Positions 1-9,075 of a stretch of DNA of 35,380 bases are shown one piece after another. The stretch covers positions 1-35,380 of the forward strand of contig JASHYB010000080.1 of assembly GCA_030043255.1 (NCBI GenBank), in the 5' to 3' direction. The notes below the pieces were generated by a model. That model had not been told where the DNA came from. It made no database searches and saw nothing but the letters and a program-made list of their open reading frames with translations. Each line of letters begins with the position of its first letter. Position 1 is the stretch's first letter. The position numbers and the translations under genes were made by a program. The stretch comes from Thermoplasmata archaeon. GTDB lineage: Archaea > Thermoplasmatota > Thermoplasmata > Lutacidiplasmatales > UBA184.

Positions 1-977
1 GCGTCGACCCGGACGGTGTCGATCCCCTCCAGGTCGACGAAGTACGCGCTGCCGTCCGGCGCGATCACCGCGTCCTTGTCGAGCCAGACGTCCGAGAAGT
101 CGAGCCCCGTGTAGCGGTCCTTGCGCGGGTCGTACTCCATCGTGCGCGCGAACAGGGTCAGCAGGGCGAGCGCGCTGCGCACGAAGTTCGTCTGGAACCG
201 GTGCGCCTTCGCCGGGGTGTCGATCCGGAACAGGTCGAAGACCTGGCCGATGTCGCTGCCGACCGTGCGCCGGCCGTGGAAGTAGAACCGCACGTTCGAC
301 GGCACCAGCCGCAGCTCCTGGACGAACCGGTCCCGGTACCGGCGGAACCAGTAGATGCTCCGCAGCCGGCGTTCCAGCTCCGGCGGGAGGAGGGCGACCT
401 TGACGACGGGGGCGATGCGGAAGCCGTTCAGGTCGGTGAGGTTCGCCCGTTCCGAGACCGCGAGTGCCGTCAGGGCGTGCGGGAGACCCTGGCCGCCGTA
501 GGGGGAGCCGCGCAGCCAGAGCTCTCCCGTGATGAGCCCCCCGCCCCCGCGCGACGGGTGCAGCAGCCGCGAGCGCGTCTCCGGGTCGTCCGTCAGGTCG
601 GCGGCGAGGGGGCCGTCGAGCGGGCCGTGACCGAACGGGTCGATCGCCGAGCCGACCCCCTTGACCGACAGGAAGAACGGCTGCCCGTCGAGCGTCGCCG
701 CCGGCCGCGGGTCGATCGCGCTGCGGTTGTCGTCCTCCAGGAACCGGCGTTCGGCGAGCGGCGAGCCGTCGAGCAGCGCGGCCATCGAGGGCGGAAGGAA
801 GCACCGGTCCCAGGCCCGGAGGTCGGCCTGCCGGAACCGCCGATTGACGATCGTCTCCGCCGGATATTCGAGCAGCTCCAGCGGGGGCCCGCTCAACAGC
901 GGGGCCGGGGGAACGAGGTCGGCCGCCGGGACGGTAGCCGACCGAAGGTCCACGGGGCCGGTCGACTCGGTCCGCAC
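1..977 (-). CDS. Hypothetical protein with SelO/YdiU-like (protein-kinase-like fold) motifs; 3' end runs off the window
   Basis: Absent from the ORF track because it is truncated. Manual translation gives an open frame of ~325 codons with GC3-rich codons: ...FFLSVKGVGSAIDPF...GELWLRGSPYGGQG...GFRIAPVVK...QELRLVPSNVRFYFHG...LDFSDVWLDKDAVIAPDGSAYFVDLEGID. GTG start at 977 is tentative (951-953 also possible). The family call is by motif resemblance only. Confidence 0.75.
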   Translation of the reverse strand, partial: MRTESTGPVDLRSATVPAADLVPPAPLLSGPPLELLEYPAETIVNRRFRQADLRAWDRCFLPPSMAALLDGSPLAERRFLEDDNRSAIDPRPAATLDGQPFFLSVKGVGSAIDPFGHGPLDGPLAADLTDDPETRSRLLHPSRGGGGLITGELWLRGSPYGGQGLPHALTALAVSERANLTDLNGFRIAPVVKVALLPPELERRLRSIYWFRRYRDRFVQELRLVPSNVRFYFHGRRTVGSDIGQVFDLFRIDTPAKAHRFQTNFVRSALALLTLFARTMEYDPRKDRYTGLDFSDVWLDKDAVIAPDGSAYFVDLEGIDTVRVD

Positions 978-1360
978 GGTCGCCGAGGGCGGAGCTCGGA
1001 CCGGGAGAAAGGGTTTCGGCGACGGGGGCCACCTCCGAGCGAGGTCGGAGCTACGGTCCCATAGCCTGCCGAATTTTCAGGCCGGAGCGGGACCGACCGA
1101 GCGCGGCTCGCTCGATCGGACCCGTTCCTGCGGCGTCCGCGCCGACGCCCGCGCGTCGGCACCGCCGAACGTCGGTCGGGGGTCGAACCTCGCTGGTCCG
1201 AGGTGACGAGGCCCCGCAGAAACAGCGCTGCGCCGAGGGAGGAACGCGGACCTTCGGCGGAGTGGGGGTGGGAGGGACCGGAGGTCCGCGTCACAGCTCC
1301 AGCGACGCCGCGGGGGATAAGCCCACCTCTCGACCCGCAACTCCGCCATGTTATGAAACC

Positions 1361-2395
1361 GTGCCGGCTCACCGGCCCGTGCGCACCGCTCCGGAGGTCC
1401 GGCTCCAGCGTGGCGAGCAGGCGCGGCTGAAGCTGCTCGCCGGCTCGGCGACGACGCCGAAGCGGCTGGCGCAGCGGGCGCGGATCGTCCTGCGCGCGGC
1501 CGACGGGGCCCGCGACCAGGAGATCGCCGCGGAGCTCGGCACCGACGCCGGGACGGTCGCCCGCTGGCGTCGGAGGTTTTTGATGCAGCGGGTCCCGGGG
1601 ATCGAGCGCGACGCGCCGAGGCCCGGTCGGCCCTCGACGATCCCGACCTCCACGATCCAGGTGATCCTGCGCAGCACGCTGGGTCGGCGACCGGCGACGG
1701 GGCGCTTCTGGTCGGCCCGCACCCTCGCGCGCGAGGTCGGAGTGAGCAAGACCACCGTCCAGCGGGTCTGGAAGGCCCACGGGATCGAGCCGCACCGCCC
1801 CGCGGAGACGTTCCGGCCCAACCCCGGCCCGAGGTTCGTCGACAAGGTCACCGACTTCGTCGGCCTGTACCTCGACCAGCCGGAACGGGCGATGGTCTTT
1901 GCCGTCGACGAGCGGGCCCGCGAGTCCCGGCTCGCGCCGGTCGAGCGCAAGGCGATCCGGGCCTACGAGGAGGGCCGACGGGGTCTCGAGTTCCGGGCGT
2001 TCCTGCAGGCCCTGGACCGCGAGACGCCGAAGGGCCTCGACCTGCACCTGCTGGTCGACAGCCGCCTCACCCCGTCGGACCCGGAGGTCCGACGCTGGCT
2101 GGTGCGGCACCCCCGGTTCTACCTCCACTTCGTGCCGTCCGGCGGACGGGAGCCGAACGTGATCGACCGGTGGTTCGCCGACTTCACCCGGCGCAGCGGC
2201 CGGGTCTCCGAGTTCCCCAGCGTGGCGCGCCTGCGGCGCGCGATCCGCGACCACCTCGCCATGCCGGACGCCAGATCCCGCCCGTTCGTCTGGACCGCGA
2301 CGCGCGAGGAGATCCGCGACCGCAGCGGTCGGCCGGCGATCCTCCGGGGGGTGGTGCCCCCGACGGGCATCCCCCGGCGCCCTCCGCCGGTCTGA
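1361..2395 (+). CDS. IS630-family (Tc1/mariner-like) transposase homolog with degenerate DDE domain
   Basis: N-terminal HTHs RARIVLRAADG..IAAELG..TVARWRRRF..DAPRPGRP and WSARTLAREVGVSKTTVQRVWK; C-terminal GLYLDQPERAMVFAVDE, LDLHLLVD, WLVRHPRFYLHF and PFVWTAT are IS630 hallmarks. Start moved from 1262 to GTG 1361 (1379 also possible). No terminal inverted repeats seen. Confidence 0.85.
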   Translation: MPAHRPVRTAPEVRLQRGEQARLKLLAGSATTPKRLAQRARIVLRAADGARDQEIAAELGTDAGTVARWRRRFLMQRVPGIERDAPRPGRPSTIPTSTIQVILRSTLGRRPATGRFWSARTLAREVGVSKTTVQRVWKAHGIEPHRPAETFRPNPGPRFVDKVTDFVGLYLDQPERAMVFAVDERARESRLAPVERKAIRAYEEGRRGLEFRAFLQALDRETPKGLDLHLLVDSRLTPSDPEVRRWLVRHPRFYLHFVPSGGREPNVIDRWFADFTRRSGRVSEFPSVARLRRAIRDHLAMPDARSRPFVWTATREEIRDRSGRPAILRGVVPPTGIPRRPPPV

Positions 2396-2423
2396 AGCGC
2401 GCCCGGCGCCGGGAGCTCTGCGA

Positions 2424-2609
2424 TCAGGGCCGGTCGGCGTACCGCCCGACGAGCCCGAAGCCGAGGCCTCCGACCAGCACGCCCAGCAGGACCCAGAGCC
2501 CGCCCGGCCAGAGCTCGGAGAGCGACAGCAGGCCGAACTGCTGGAACAGGAGCACGACGACCCCGCCCAGGATCGCGCCGGAGCCCGCGGTCGACCCGGC
2601 GGCCCTCAT
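2424..2609 (-). CDS. Small two-TM membrane protein (61 aa)
   Basis: Two hydrophobic Gly/Leu/Val stretches; ATGA overlap with the stop of the upstream gene suggests translational coupling. Confidence 0.7.
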   Translation of the reverse strand: MRAAGSTAGSGAILGGVVVLLFQQFGLLSLSELWPGGLWVLLGVLVGGLGFGLVGRYADRP

Positions 2610-3235
2610 CGCGAGCCGGTCCCTCCCCGCCGGCGGGCGCGCGCCCGGACGACCACGACGATCCAGTAGGCCTCGGCGACCGCCAGCACGAGCCCGAAGA
2701 CGGCGATCGCCGAGCCGATGACGAACGGGGCTTGGAGCTCCACGTAGAACGCCTCGGAGAACACCAGGCTACCGTTCCCGTCCGTCAGCTGCGCGAGGAT
2801 CTCGTAGACCCCTTGCAGGACCCCGTTCAGCGAACCGATCGACCAGTTCAGCTCGGCCGTTCCCGCTCCGCCGGAAGCCGAGGGGATCGCGGCCTCGGTC
2901 GAGAGCGTGAGCCCGAGGAAGCGGAGGAGCAGCGAGGCGTTCGCCGGCACGGCGTCGCTCGCGGCGTCGCGGTAGGCAAACTCCACGATGGCCGTACTGC
3001 CGGACGCGAGCGGGAAGGCGTTCACCACCGTACTCGCGACGGAGATTGGGGTCCCGTCCCAAGTCACCGTGACCTCCAGTCCGGAGCCCGAAGCGGCCGT
3101 CGTCCGTGTCGCGAAGTCCGTCCCCCTCTCCGAGACGCTGGTGGTGTGCGTCGACGAGCCGACCAGAAGCCCGGCGAGGGCGATCAGCCCCACGAGCGTG
3201 ACGGCGGGCCGAAGGCTTCCCCGTTCCGGGCGCAT
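2606..3235 (-). CDS. Membrane-anchored exported hypothetical protein (209 aa)
   Basis: N-terminal signal-like hydrophobic segment, beta-rich middle, C-terminal TM followed by basic tail (VRARARRR); AT-rich box (ctttgata on -) ~25 nt upstream of the ATG. Confidence 0.75.
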   Translation of the reverse strand: MRPERGSLRPAVTLVGLIALAGLLVGSSTHTTSVSERGTDFATRTTAASGSGLEVTVTWDGTPISVASTVVNAFPLASGSTAIVEFAYRDAASDAVPANASLLLRFLGLTLSTEAAIPSASGGAGTAELNWSIGSLNGVLQGVYEILAQLTDGNGSLVFSEAFYVELQAPFVIGSAIAVFGLVLAVAEAYWIVVVVRARARRRGGTGSR

Positions 3236-3288
3236 CCAGCCCGGCGGCGTCGCTCGCCTGTATCAAAGGTGGTGCGCAGGGGAACGCC

Positions 3289-6200
3289 CTACGGGGACGA
3301 CGCGTCCGGCGGCGGACCGGACTCTCCCTGCGGGGCGGCAGCGGGCGAGTCCCCGGCGCCGCTGTCGGCTGGGGGGCTCGGGTCGGCCGAGCCGGTGGCG
3401 CCGGCTTCGGAGGATTCGGTGCCCGTGCTGGCGGGCGAGGACTTGGGGGGCGGGACCGGGCGTTCCTCCGCGCCGCTCTCCTCCTCGGGCGCGGCGGAGT
3501 CGCCCGGCGAGACCTCGGGGACCGGTACGGCTTCCTCGGGGGACCGAGCTTCGGGTGCCGGAGAGACCGGTTCTCCGGGCTCGACGAAAGGTGTCGCGGC
3601 ATGCGGGCCCCCGGTCTCCGCCTCCGATACCGACGCCACAGGGCTTGCGGAGCCCGCCTCCGACCCCGCGGATGACGAGCTCTCGGGCACCCTCTCCGGG
3701 CTGTTGGCCGACATCACCCCGGTTTCGGCCTCGGGAACGGACACTCCTGCGTCCCCCGGACCTGCCTCAGCCGCCGGTGCGGGTGAGTCGCCGGGACCGG
3801 CGTCGGGCAGGGGGGCTGTCGCGTTCTCTTTCGGAGCGTCAGGCGCCGAACCGGCCAACCCACCGGCTTCGCCCTCGGCGGAGCCCGGCGCTTCGCCGTC
3901 GGCCCCGGGCTCAGTCGCGGCGCCGGCTAGTTCCCCGCTTCCGATCTCCGCCGTGGGCGGGGATGCTTCGCCTGAGCCCGCCTCCGCTCCTGGTGCGGGC
4001 AGAACATCGGGCCCCGCGGCGGCCACCGGTCCGGTCTCCTCCGTGGTCGCACCTCCGGGCGCCGCGACGTCCGTCGCGCCGGGGGCAGCTTCGGAGGTCG
4101 CGAGCGGGGCGCTGCCCGGCTCGTCCTCCGTAGCGATGTGGGTCCCCTTCTCGTCTTCCGCCGCAGCGTCCGGGCCGGTGAGAACGACGGGCTCGATCGC
4201 GGTCGCGGCAGGTATCTCGGCGCCAGCCGGAGGCGCCGGCTCCGCGACGCCCCCGGTGCTCCCCTGCGGGGACGGAAGACCGAGGTCGGAGACGAACCGG
4301 TCCAGCTCGGTCGGCGTCAGCAGCCCGGGGGTCAGGTGCAGCCAGGCCCGCGCCTCGTGCTCGCGCGCCTGGCGGTCCAGCTCCTTCAGGAACGCCACGA
4401 CCGCCTCGCTCCCGTGGATCCGGGTGAGGTACTCCGTCCCCTCGAGGAAGACGGCGGTGATGCCGCTGCTCTCGAGGCCCTGCCGAAGGAGGTCGGCCAG
4501 CCCCCTCAGGTCGCTCGGCCGGATCGCCCGGTCGCGGGCCAGGTTGCTGAGCCAGTAGACGGCGACCGGTCGCGGGCCGACGAGCGTGCGGATCCGCTCC
4601 GGCAGCTCCCGAACCACCGCGACCCCGCGGTGCCCCGCCGCGGTCGCTTCGAGGAACGGCTGCAGCGCGGGCAGCAGCGCTTCCGAGAGCTCGACCTCGA
4701 GACCGGCCGCCGGTACCGGCGCCGTCGCGAGCGGCGGGGTCGGCAGGTTCCCGGCGGCGCGGTCCGCTTCGGAGACGAACGCTGGCGCGACCGGGGGAGG
4801 CGGGGGAGGAGGGGCGCGCGCCGGTGGCGGGAGGGGCGCTGGCGGCAGGGGAGCCGGCGCCGCCGGGGGCGTAGGGGCCGGCGGGGGACCGGCAGGAGGG
4901 GCCACGCTCGTCGGCCCCACCGTTGCGGGTGCCGGCGCCGAGAGCTCTGACGTGAGCTCCCGCTCAGGGGTCGGCAGGGCAGGGAGGACAACGCTGACCC
5001 GGGAGAGGTCGTCCAAGGCGCCGGGGGCCTCGACCGCCAGCGCCGTGGGCGCGGCGGGACGGAGAGGAAGCGGTGCGGAGCGAGCGGGGGGCGTCCTGGG
5101 CGTCCGCACCGGTCGCGGCGGCGGAGCGGGGACGTCGCGGCCCAGCTTGGCGAACAGTCGCGCGGCCACCGGCCGGCCGAAGCCCGGCAGGGTCGCGAGC
5201 TCGTCGAACGACGCGGAGCGGATCTCCTCCACGGACGCGTAGCCGGCGTCCCAGGCGATCGCGACCTTGGACGGCCCCAGCAGCGGGGCGTCGAGCAGCT
5301 TGTCGAGCTGCTCGCCGAGCGCCCGCACCGCGTCCTCGTGGCCGATGACCGCGCCGTCGGTGTAGTCGACCTCGGGCCCACCGTCCGGGGTCGGTCGCTG
5401 GCGGATCGGCATCCTCCGGCTCGCGCCGGAGCCGCCGCGCGGCGCGGGGCGCGGGGACTTCGGCGGGCGGCCGAGCAGCCCCGGGATCTCCACCGACCAT
5501 CGGGTCCCGAGCCGGGTCCGGCCGGTGACCGCGGGGGGCACGGACTCCGGTCCGGGGGCGGCGTCGATCGTCAGGCGCGCCACGCCGAGCGCGGCGGCCA
5601 CGGCCGCCCACCGCTCGCGCAGCTCCTTGGCGAGCGGGTCGACGGCGACGATGCGCACGGCAAGGGCCCGCGACGCCTCCGGACCGACCCGGCGCAACCG
5701 GCGCCCGACGCGTCGGACCAGCCAGGCGGCGTCCGCCGAGAGCACCGCGCTCGGGCCGCCCGAAGCGGCCGCGCCGGTCGCCGGCACCTCCGCGTACATC
5801 TCGCCGAGGCCGAACGCCACCGGGACGACCCGGTCGGGGAGCGTCTCGACGAGCGCGAGCATGGACGGCGTGATCTGGTGCGGCTGGCCCTGGACGAAGA
5901 CCGAGAACCCCCGAGCGGTCTCCTGCTCGCCGGGCCGACGCGGCGGGGTCCGCTTCAGCAGGTACAGGATCTGCGTCGCCAGCGTGGGATAGGCCTTCTG
6001 GATCTCGCTCTCCACCGGGACCAGCTGGCGCCGCCGGCCCTCCCACGGGGTGCGGGGGCTGCCGACCTCGAGCCGGCCGATGCGGGCGAGCCGCTCGAGC
6101 AGGCTCCGGTCCCCGCGGAGCTGGTCCCCGAGCTGGTCGTCGGTGACGACCAGCGCCACCAGCGGTACCAGGGTCCCCGGGGCGAGGTGGCGCTCCGTGC

Positions 6201-8415
6201 GGAAGCGGTCGACCGCCCGCACGACGGCGACCCAGCGCTCCCAGGCCTCGCCGAACGCCTCGTCCGCCGGCGCGTGCTCGACGTCGAACGGCTCCGTCTC
6301 GAACAGACTGCGCGGGTCCGGGCGCAGCGTCCGCACCACCGCCTCGGCGGTGAACGGTGCGACCGGCGCGAGCGCCGTGGCCAGCTGCGCCAACACCGAG
6401 CCGAGGGTGCGGAGGGCGGCCCTTCGGCCGGCCGGCGGTTCGCCGGCGGCCAAGCGCGGCCGGACGATCTCCCGGTAGCGCGCCAGGTCGACCTCCAGGA
6501 ACCGGGCGAGCCGGCGGTGCGCTTCGCCCGCGCGGAACTCGTCGTAGGCGGCCAGGACCTTCAGCTCCGTCGCCGACCAGCGCGCCAGCAGGGCGCGGTC
6601 CTCCGGCTGGAGCTCGCGGTCGTTCGGGCTGAGCGTCGCGCCGAGGGTGCCGGCCGCCTCCCGCTCGAGCGCCGCCGCGGTCGAGGCCGCCAGCTCCGCG
6701 AGCCGGGCGAAGCGGCGCCGCTCCTGCCGGCAGCGCTCGACGAACGAGCCGCCGGGGCCTTCGCTCGAGTCCAGGCGCACGAACGCCGCCCGGACCGCGT
6801 CCGCCCCGTGCTCGGCGACCAGCCCCACGACGTCCACGTCGCTGACCGTCGGCAGGATCGTCGCCTGCAGCTCCGCCACCCGTGCCCCGGCGCCGGCCAT
6901 CGCCGCGAGCAGGTGCACGATCGTCGGCGCCCGTCGGCGCTCGCTGATGTACAGGCGCACCGGCTCGCCGGACGGCAGCGGCGCGAGGCGCGCCCAGGCG
7001 CCGAACGCCCCGGCGACCGACGGCACCAACCGTCGGGCGACCGGCCGGCGCTTGCCCCCGCAGGGACAGCTCGTCGGTCCGTCCGGCGCATCCAGCCTCG
7101 GGCAGCGCTCGCACTCGAGCAGCGTGACCGCTTCCGGCGCGTCGCTCGTGCGGGTCTCGCTCACCGGCCAGGCGGTCAGCTCGATCTGCGCGACCGGCCG
7201 GTCCCCCGGCAGCAGCGCGGCGTACTGGGCCAGCTGCTCGGCCGGCAGGCGGCCGGGCTCCAGGCACCAGCAGCGGCCGGGGGTCCAGACGACCGGGCGC
7301 CCGCAGACCCCGCAGTACGGGACCCCTCGCAGGACCCGCAGCCGGGCGAGGACGCTACCGCCCTCGGTCAGGTCCCGCGCGACGAACTCCGTCGCGGTCT
7401 CGAGGTCGAGGCCGGAGTACTTGTGCATCAGCGTCAGCTCGAGGGTCCCGTGGATCGTCAGCAGCGGCCAGCCGTGGACGCCGAGACGTTCGGCGATCTG
7501 CGCGTCGGTCCCGCCGTGGCCGGGGACCAGCGGCACGACGCCGGTCCCGCTGTCGCCGACCTCCGGGACCGCCTGGATCGTACCGGAGGGCGCCGCGAGC
7601 GACGCGCCGTCCGGGAACTCGTGCCGGAGCGGGTAGACGTAGCGCCGGCCCGTGTAGGCGCGCCCCGGCTTCTCGGCGAGCACCGTCAATTCCGCGCCGG
7701 GGAGCCAAGCCCGCAGTCGGTCGATGGAGGAACGGAGGATCAGCAGACGGGCCTCGACGTCGCCCCGGCGGTACTGGACCGTCGCGTAGGCGAGATCCGG
7801 GTTCATCAGCAGCGCGGTCGTGCCGAGCAGCCGCCACGGCGCGTCGACCCAGGCGAGCGCCTCCACCGGCTCCTCGCCGGCCACCGGCTCCAGCGGGAAC
7901 CGGACCAGGAACGTGTCGCCGATCTCCTCGTGGTAGATCGTCCGCTCGGGACTGCGCGGCGCCGCGCAGGACGGACAGAGCCGGATCGGCCCGTCGCCCG
8001 CGACCAGGATCCCCGCCCGCGCGAGCCGGGAGGCGATCGCCTGCACGCCGGCGGTCCGCTCGACGGCGTCGTACGGGCGGCCCCCCTCGCCGCCGGTCCA
8101 GACCGCGAGGGAGCGCAGCAGCGGCGCGACGACCGGGTCTTCGCCGCCCGCCGGCCAGCCTTCACGACGGAGGGTCCCCTCCACGCGTCCGGCCCCGAGC
8201 GCGGTGGCGCGCGCGTCGACGTCGGCGGCGACCGCCCGTTGGGCCACGAGGACCGGCGGGTCGCCGGGGGTGTAGGTCCCTTCGAGCTGCCGCAGGACCG
8301 GCTCCGTACCGTGCCCGAGCACGCCGCCCGGCGGCGGAAGACCGTGGGCCGCCCAGAGCCGCCGGATCTCCTGTTCGACGAGCGCGAAGCTGTGCTCGAC
8401 CTCCGGCTCGCTCAC
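3289..8415 (-). CDS. Catalytically degenerate isoleucyl-tRNA synthetase paralog fused to HhH, Pro-rich linker, DUF835 and acidic low-complexity tail (1708 aa)
   Basis: IleRS-like order of motifs: EQEIRRLW, CPSC, FLVRFPL, AWVDAPWRLLGTTALLMNP (cf. WTTTPWTL), GTGVVPLVPGHGGTD, PYCGVC, HGADAVR, EDRALLAR, LAPVAPFTAEAV. HIGH and KMSKS are absent. HhH GPSKVAIAWDAGYASVEEIRSASFDELATLPGFG at ~5150-5290; DUF835-like RGVAVVRELPE..VYWLSN..IRPSDL..VFLEGTEYL at ~4275-4700. Start set to GTG 8415 rather than 8505. Confidence 0.85.
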   Translation of the reverse strand: MSEPEVEHSFALVEQEIRRLWAAHGLPPPGGVLGHGTEPVLRQLEGTYTPGDPPVLVAQRAVAADVDARATALGAGRVEGTLRREGWPAGGEDPVVAPLLRSLAVWTGGEGGRPYDAVERTAGVQAIASRLARAGILVAGDGPIRLCPSCAAPRSPERTIYHEEIGDTFLVRFPLEPVAGEEPVEALAWVDAPWRLLGTTALLMNPDLAYATVQYRRGDVEARLLILRSSIDRLRAWLPGAELTVLAEKPGRAYTGRRYVYPLRHEFPDGASLAAPSGTIQAVPEVGDSGTGVVPLVPGHGGTDAQIAERLGVHGWPLLTIHGTLELTLMHKYSGLDLETATEFVARDLTEGGSVLARLRVLRGVPYCGVCGRPVVWTPGRCWCLEPGRLPAEQLAQYAALLPGDRPVAQIELTAWPVSETRTSDAPEAVTLLECERCPRLDAPDGPTSCPCGGKRRPVARRLVPSVAGAFGAWARLAPLPSGEPVRLYISERRRAPTIVHLLAAMAGAGARVAELQATILPTVSDVDVVGLVAEHGADAVRAAFVRLDSSEGPGGSFVERCRQERRRFARLAELAASTAAALEREAAGTLGATLSPNDRELQPEDRALLARWSATELKVLAAYDEFRAGEAHRRLARFLEVDLARYREIVRPRLAAGEPPAGRRAALRTLGSVLAQLATALAPVAPFTAEAVVRTLRPDPRSLFETEPFDVEHAPADEAFGEAWERWVAVVRAVDRFRTERHLAPGTLVPLVALVVTDDQLGDQLRGDRSLLERLARIGRLEVGSPRTPWEGRRRQLVPVESEIQKAYPTLATQILYLLKRTPPRRPGEQETARGFSVFVQGQPHQITPSMLALVETLPDRVVPVAFGLGEMYAEVPATGAAASGGPSAVLSADAAWLVRRVGRRLRRVGPEASRALAVRIVAVDPLAKELRERWAAVAAALGVARLTIDAAPGPESVPPAVTGRTRLGTRWSVEIPGLLGRPPKSPRPAPRGGSGASRRMPIRQRPTPDGGPEVDYTDGAVIGHEDAVRALGEQLDKLLDAPLLGPSKVAIAWDAGYASVEEIRSASFDELATLPGFGRPVAARLFAKLGRDVPAPPPRPVRTPRTPPARSAPLPLRPAAPTALAVEAPGALDDLSRVSVVLPALPTPERELTSELSAPAPATVGPTSVAPPAGPPPAPTPPAAPAPLPPAPLPPPARAPPPPPPPVAPAFVSEADRAAGNLPTPPLATAPVPAAGLEVELSEALLPALQPFLEATAAGHRGVAVVRELPERIRTLVGPRPVAVYWLSNLARDRAIRPSDLRGLADLLRQGLESSGITAVFLEGTEYLTRIHGSEAVVAFLKELDRQAREHEARAWLHLTPGLLTPTELDRFVSDLGLPSPQGSTGGVAEPAPPAGAEIPAATAIEPVVLTGPDAAAEDEKGTHIATEDEPGSAPLATSEAAPGATDVAAPGGATTEETGPVAAAGPDVLPAPGAEAGSGEASPPTAEIGSGELAGAATEPGADGEAPGSAEGEAGGLAGSAPDAPKENATAPLPDAGPGDSPAPAAEAGPGDAGVSVPEAETGVMSANSPERVPESSSSAGSEAGSASPVASVSEAETGGPHAATPFVEPGEPVSPAPEARSPEEAVPVPEVSPGDSAAPEEESGAEERPVPPPKSSPASTGTESSEAGATGSADPSPPADSGAGDSPAAAPQGESGPPPDASSP

Positions 8416-8457
8416 CGCGGGACCCTGCCGACAGCCGGAGAGAGGCGGGCGCGCGGG

Positions 8458-8514
8458 AATAAACCCATCTCGGCGGCGGCAGGCGTTCGAGGCACCCGAG
8501 CACAACCGTTAAAG
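8458..8514. promoter_or_regulatory. Divergent TATA-like boxes for pseudo-IleRS (-) and aIF5A (+)
   Basis: TTTATT on - at 8458-8463 and TTAAAG on + at 8509-8514: the only AT-rich spots in the 131-bp spacer, ~43 and ~33 nt upstream of the starts. Confidence 0.55.
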
Positions 8515-8546
8515 AAGGTGGACCGTCCCGCCGTCCGAGGGGCACG

Positions 8547-8933
8547 ATGGCCTGGACGCAGCAGGAGGTCCGCGAGCTCAAGGAAGGCCGCTACCTGCTC
8601 ATCGACGAGGAGCCGTGTCGCATCCTGAGCATCCAGACCTCCAAGCCCGGGAAGCACGGGGAAGCGAAGGCGCGCATCGACGCCGTCGGGCTGTTCGACG
8701 GTTCGAAGCGCAGCGTCGTGTACCCGGTCAAGCACAAGGTCCAGGTCCCGCTGATCGGTAAGCGCCAGGCGCAGGTCCTCTCGCTCAGCGACACCGAGGT
8801 CCAGCTGATGGACCTCGAGTCGTACGAGACCTTCCAGCTCGCGGTCGACGCGGAAGGCCGCGCCGGCCTCGCCCCCGGGGCCGAGGTCCAGTACCTGGAC
8901 GCGATGGGCAAGCGCCGCATCACGCGCGCGTAG
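8547..8933 (+). CDS. eif5a: Translation factor aIF5A (eIF-5A)
   Basis: 128 aa with the hypusination motif [14 protein letters not shown] and typical [13 protein letters not shown] and [12 protein letters not shown] segments. Confidence 0.97.
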   Translation: MAWTQQEVRELKEGRYLLIDEEPCRILSIQTSKPGKHGEAKARIDAVGLFDGSKRSVVYPVKHKVQVPLIGKRQAQVLSLSDTEVQLMDLESYETFQLAVDAEGRAGLAPGAEVQYLDAMGKRRITRA

Positions 8934-8991
8934 GTCCCGCGCCCGGTCGGAGGCGCGCCGGCGAGCCGCCGGCGACATTCATCACGCGTGA

Positions 8992-8998
8992 TTTATAA
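8992..8998 (+). promoter_or_regulatory. TATA box for the helical-repeat gene
   Basis: TTTATAA in GC-rich context upstream of the long ORF. Confidence 0.65.
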
Positions 8999-9075
8999 GG
9001 AGGCCCGAGCATCGAAGCGGTGTCCGAGCCCTAGCCCGGCCGCCGGGGCGGGCAGACGGTTCAGGGGGGAGAGCG

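Noticed and set aside
1000..2420. Complete active IS630 element
   Set aside because: No terminal inverted repeats or TA duplication identified and the catalytic motifs are altered; reported as a CDS only.
9020..9034. Mini-ORF GTG TCC GAG CCC TAG near the predicted TSS, with the same VSEP start as the pseudo-IleRS
   Set aside because: Four codons; indistinguishable from chance.
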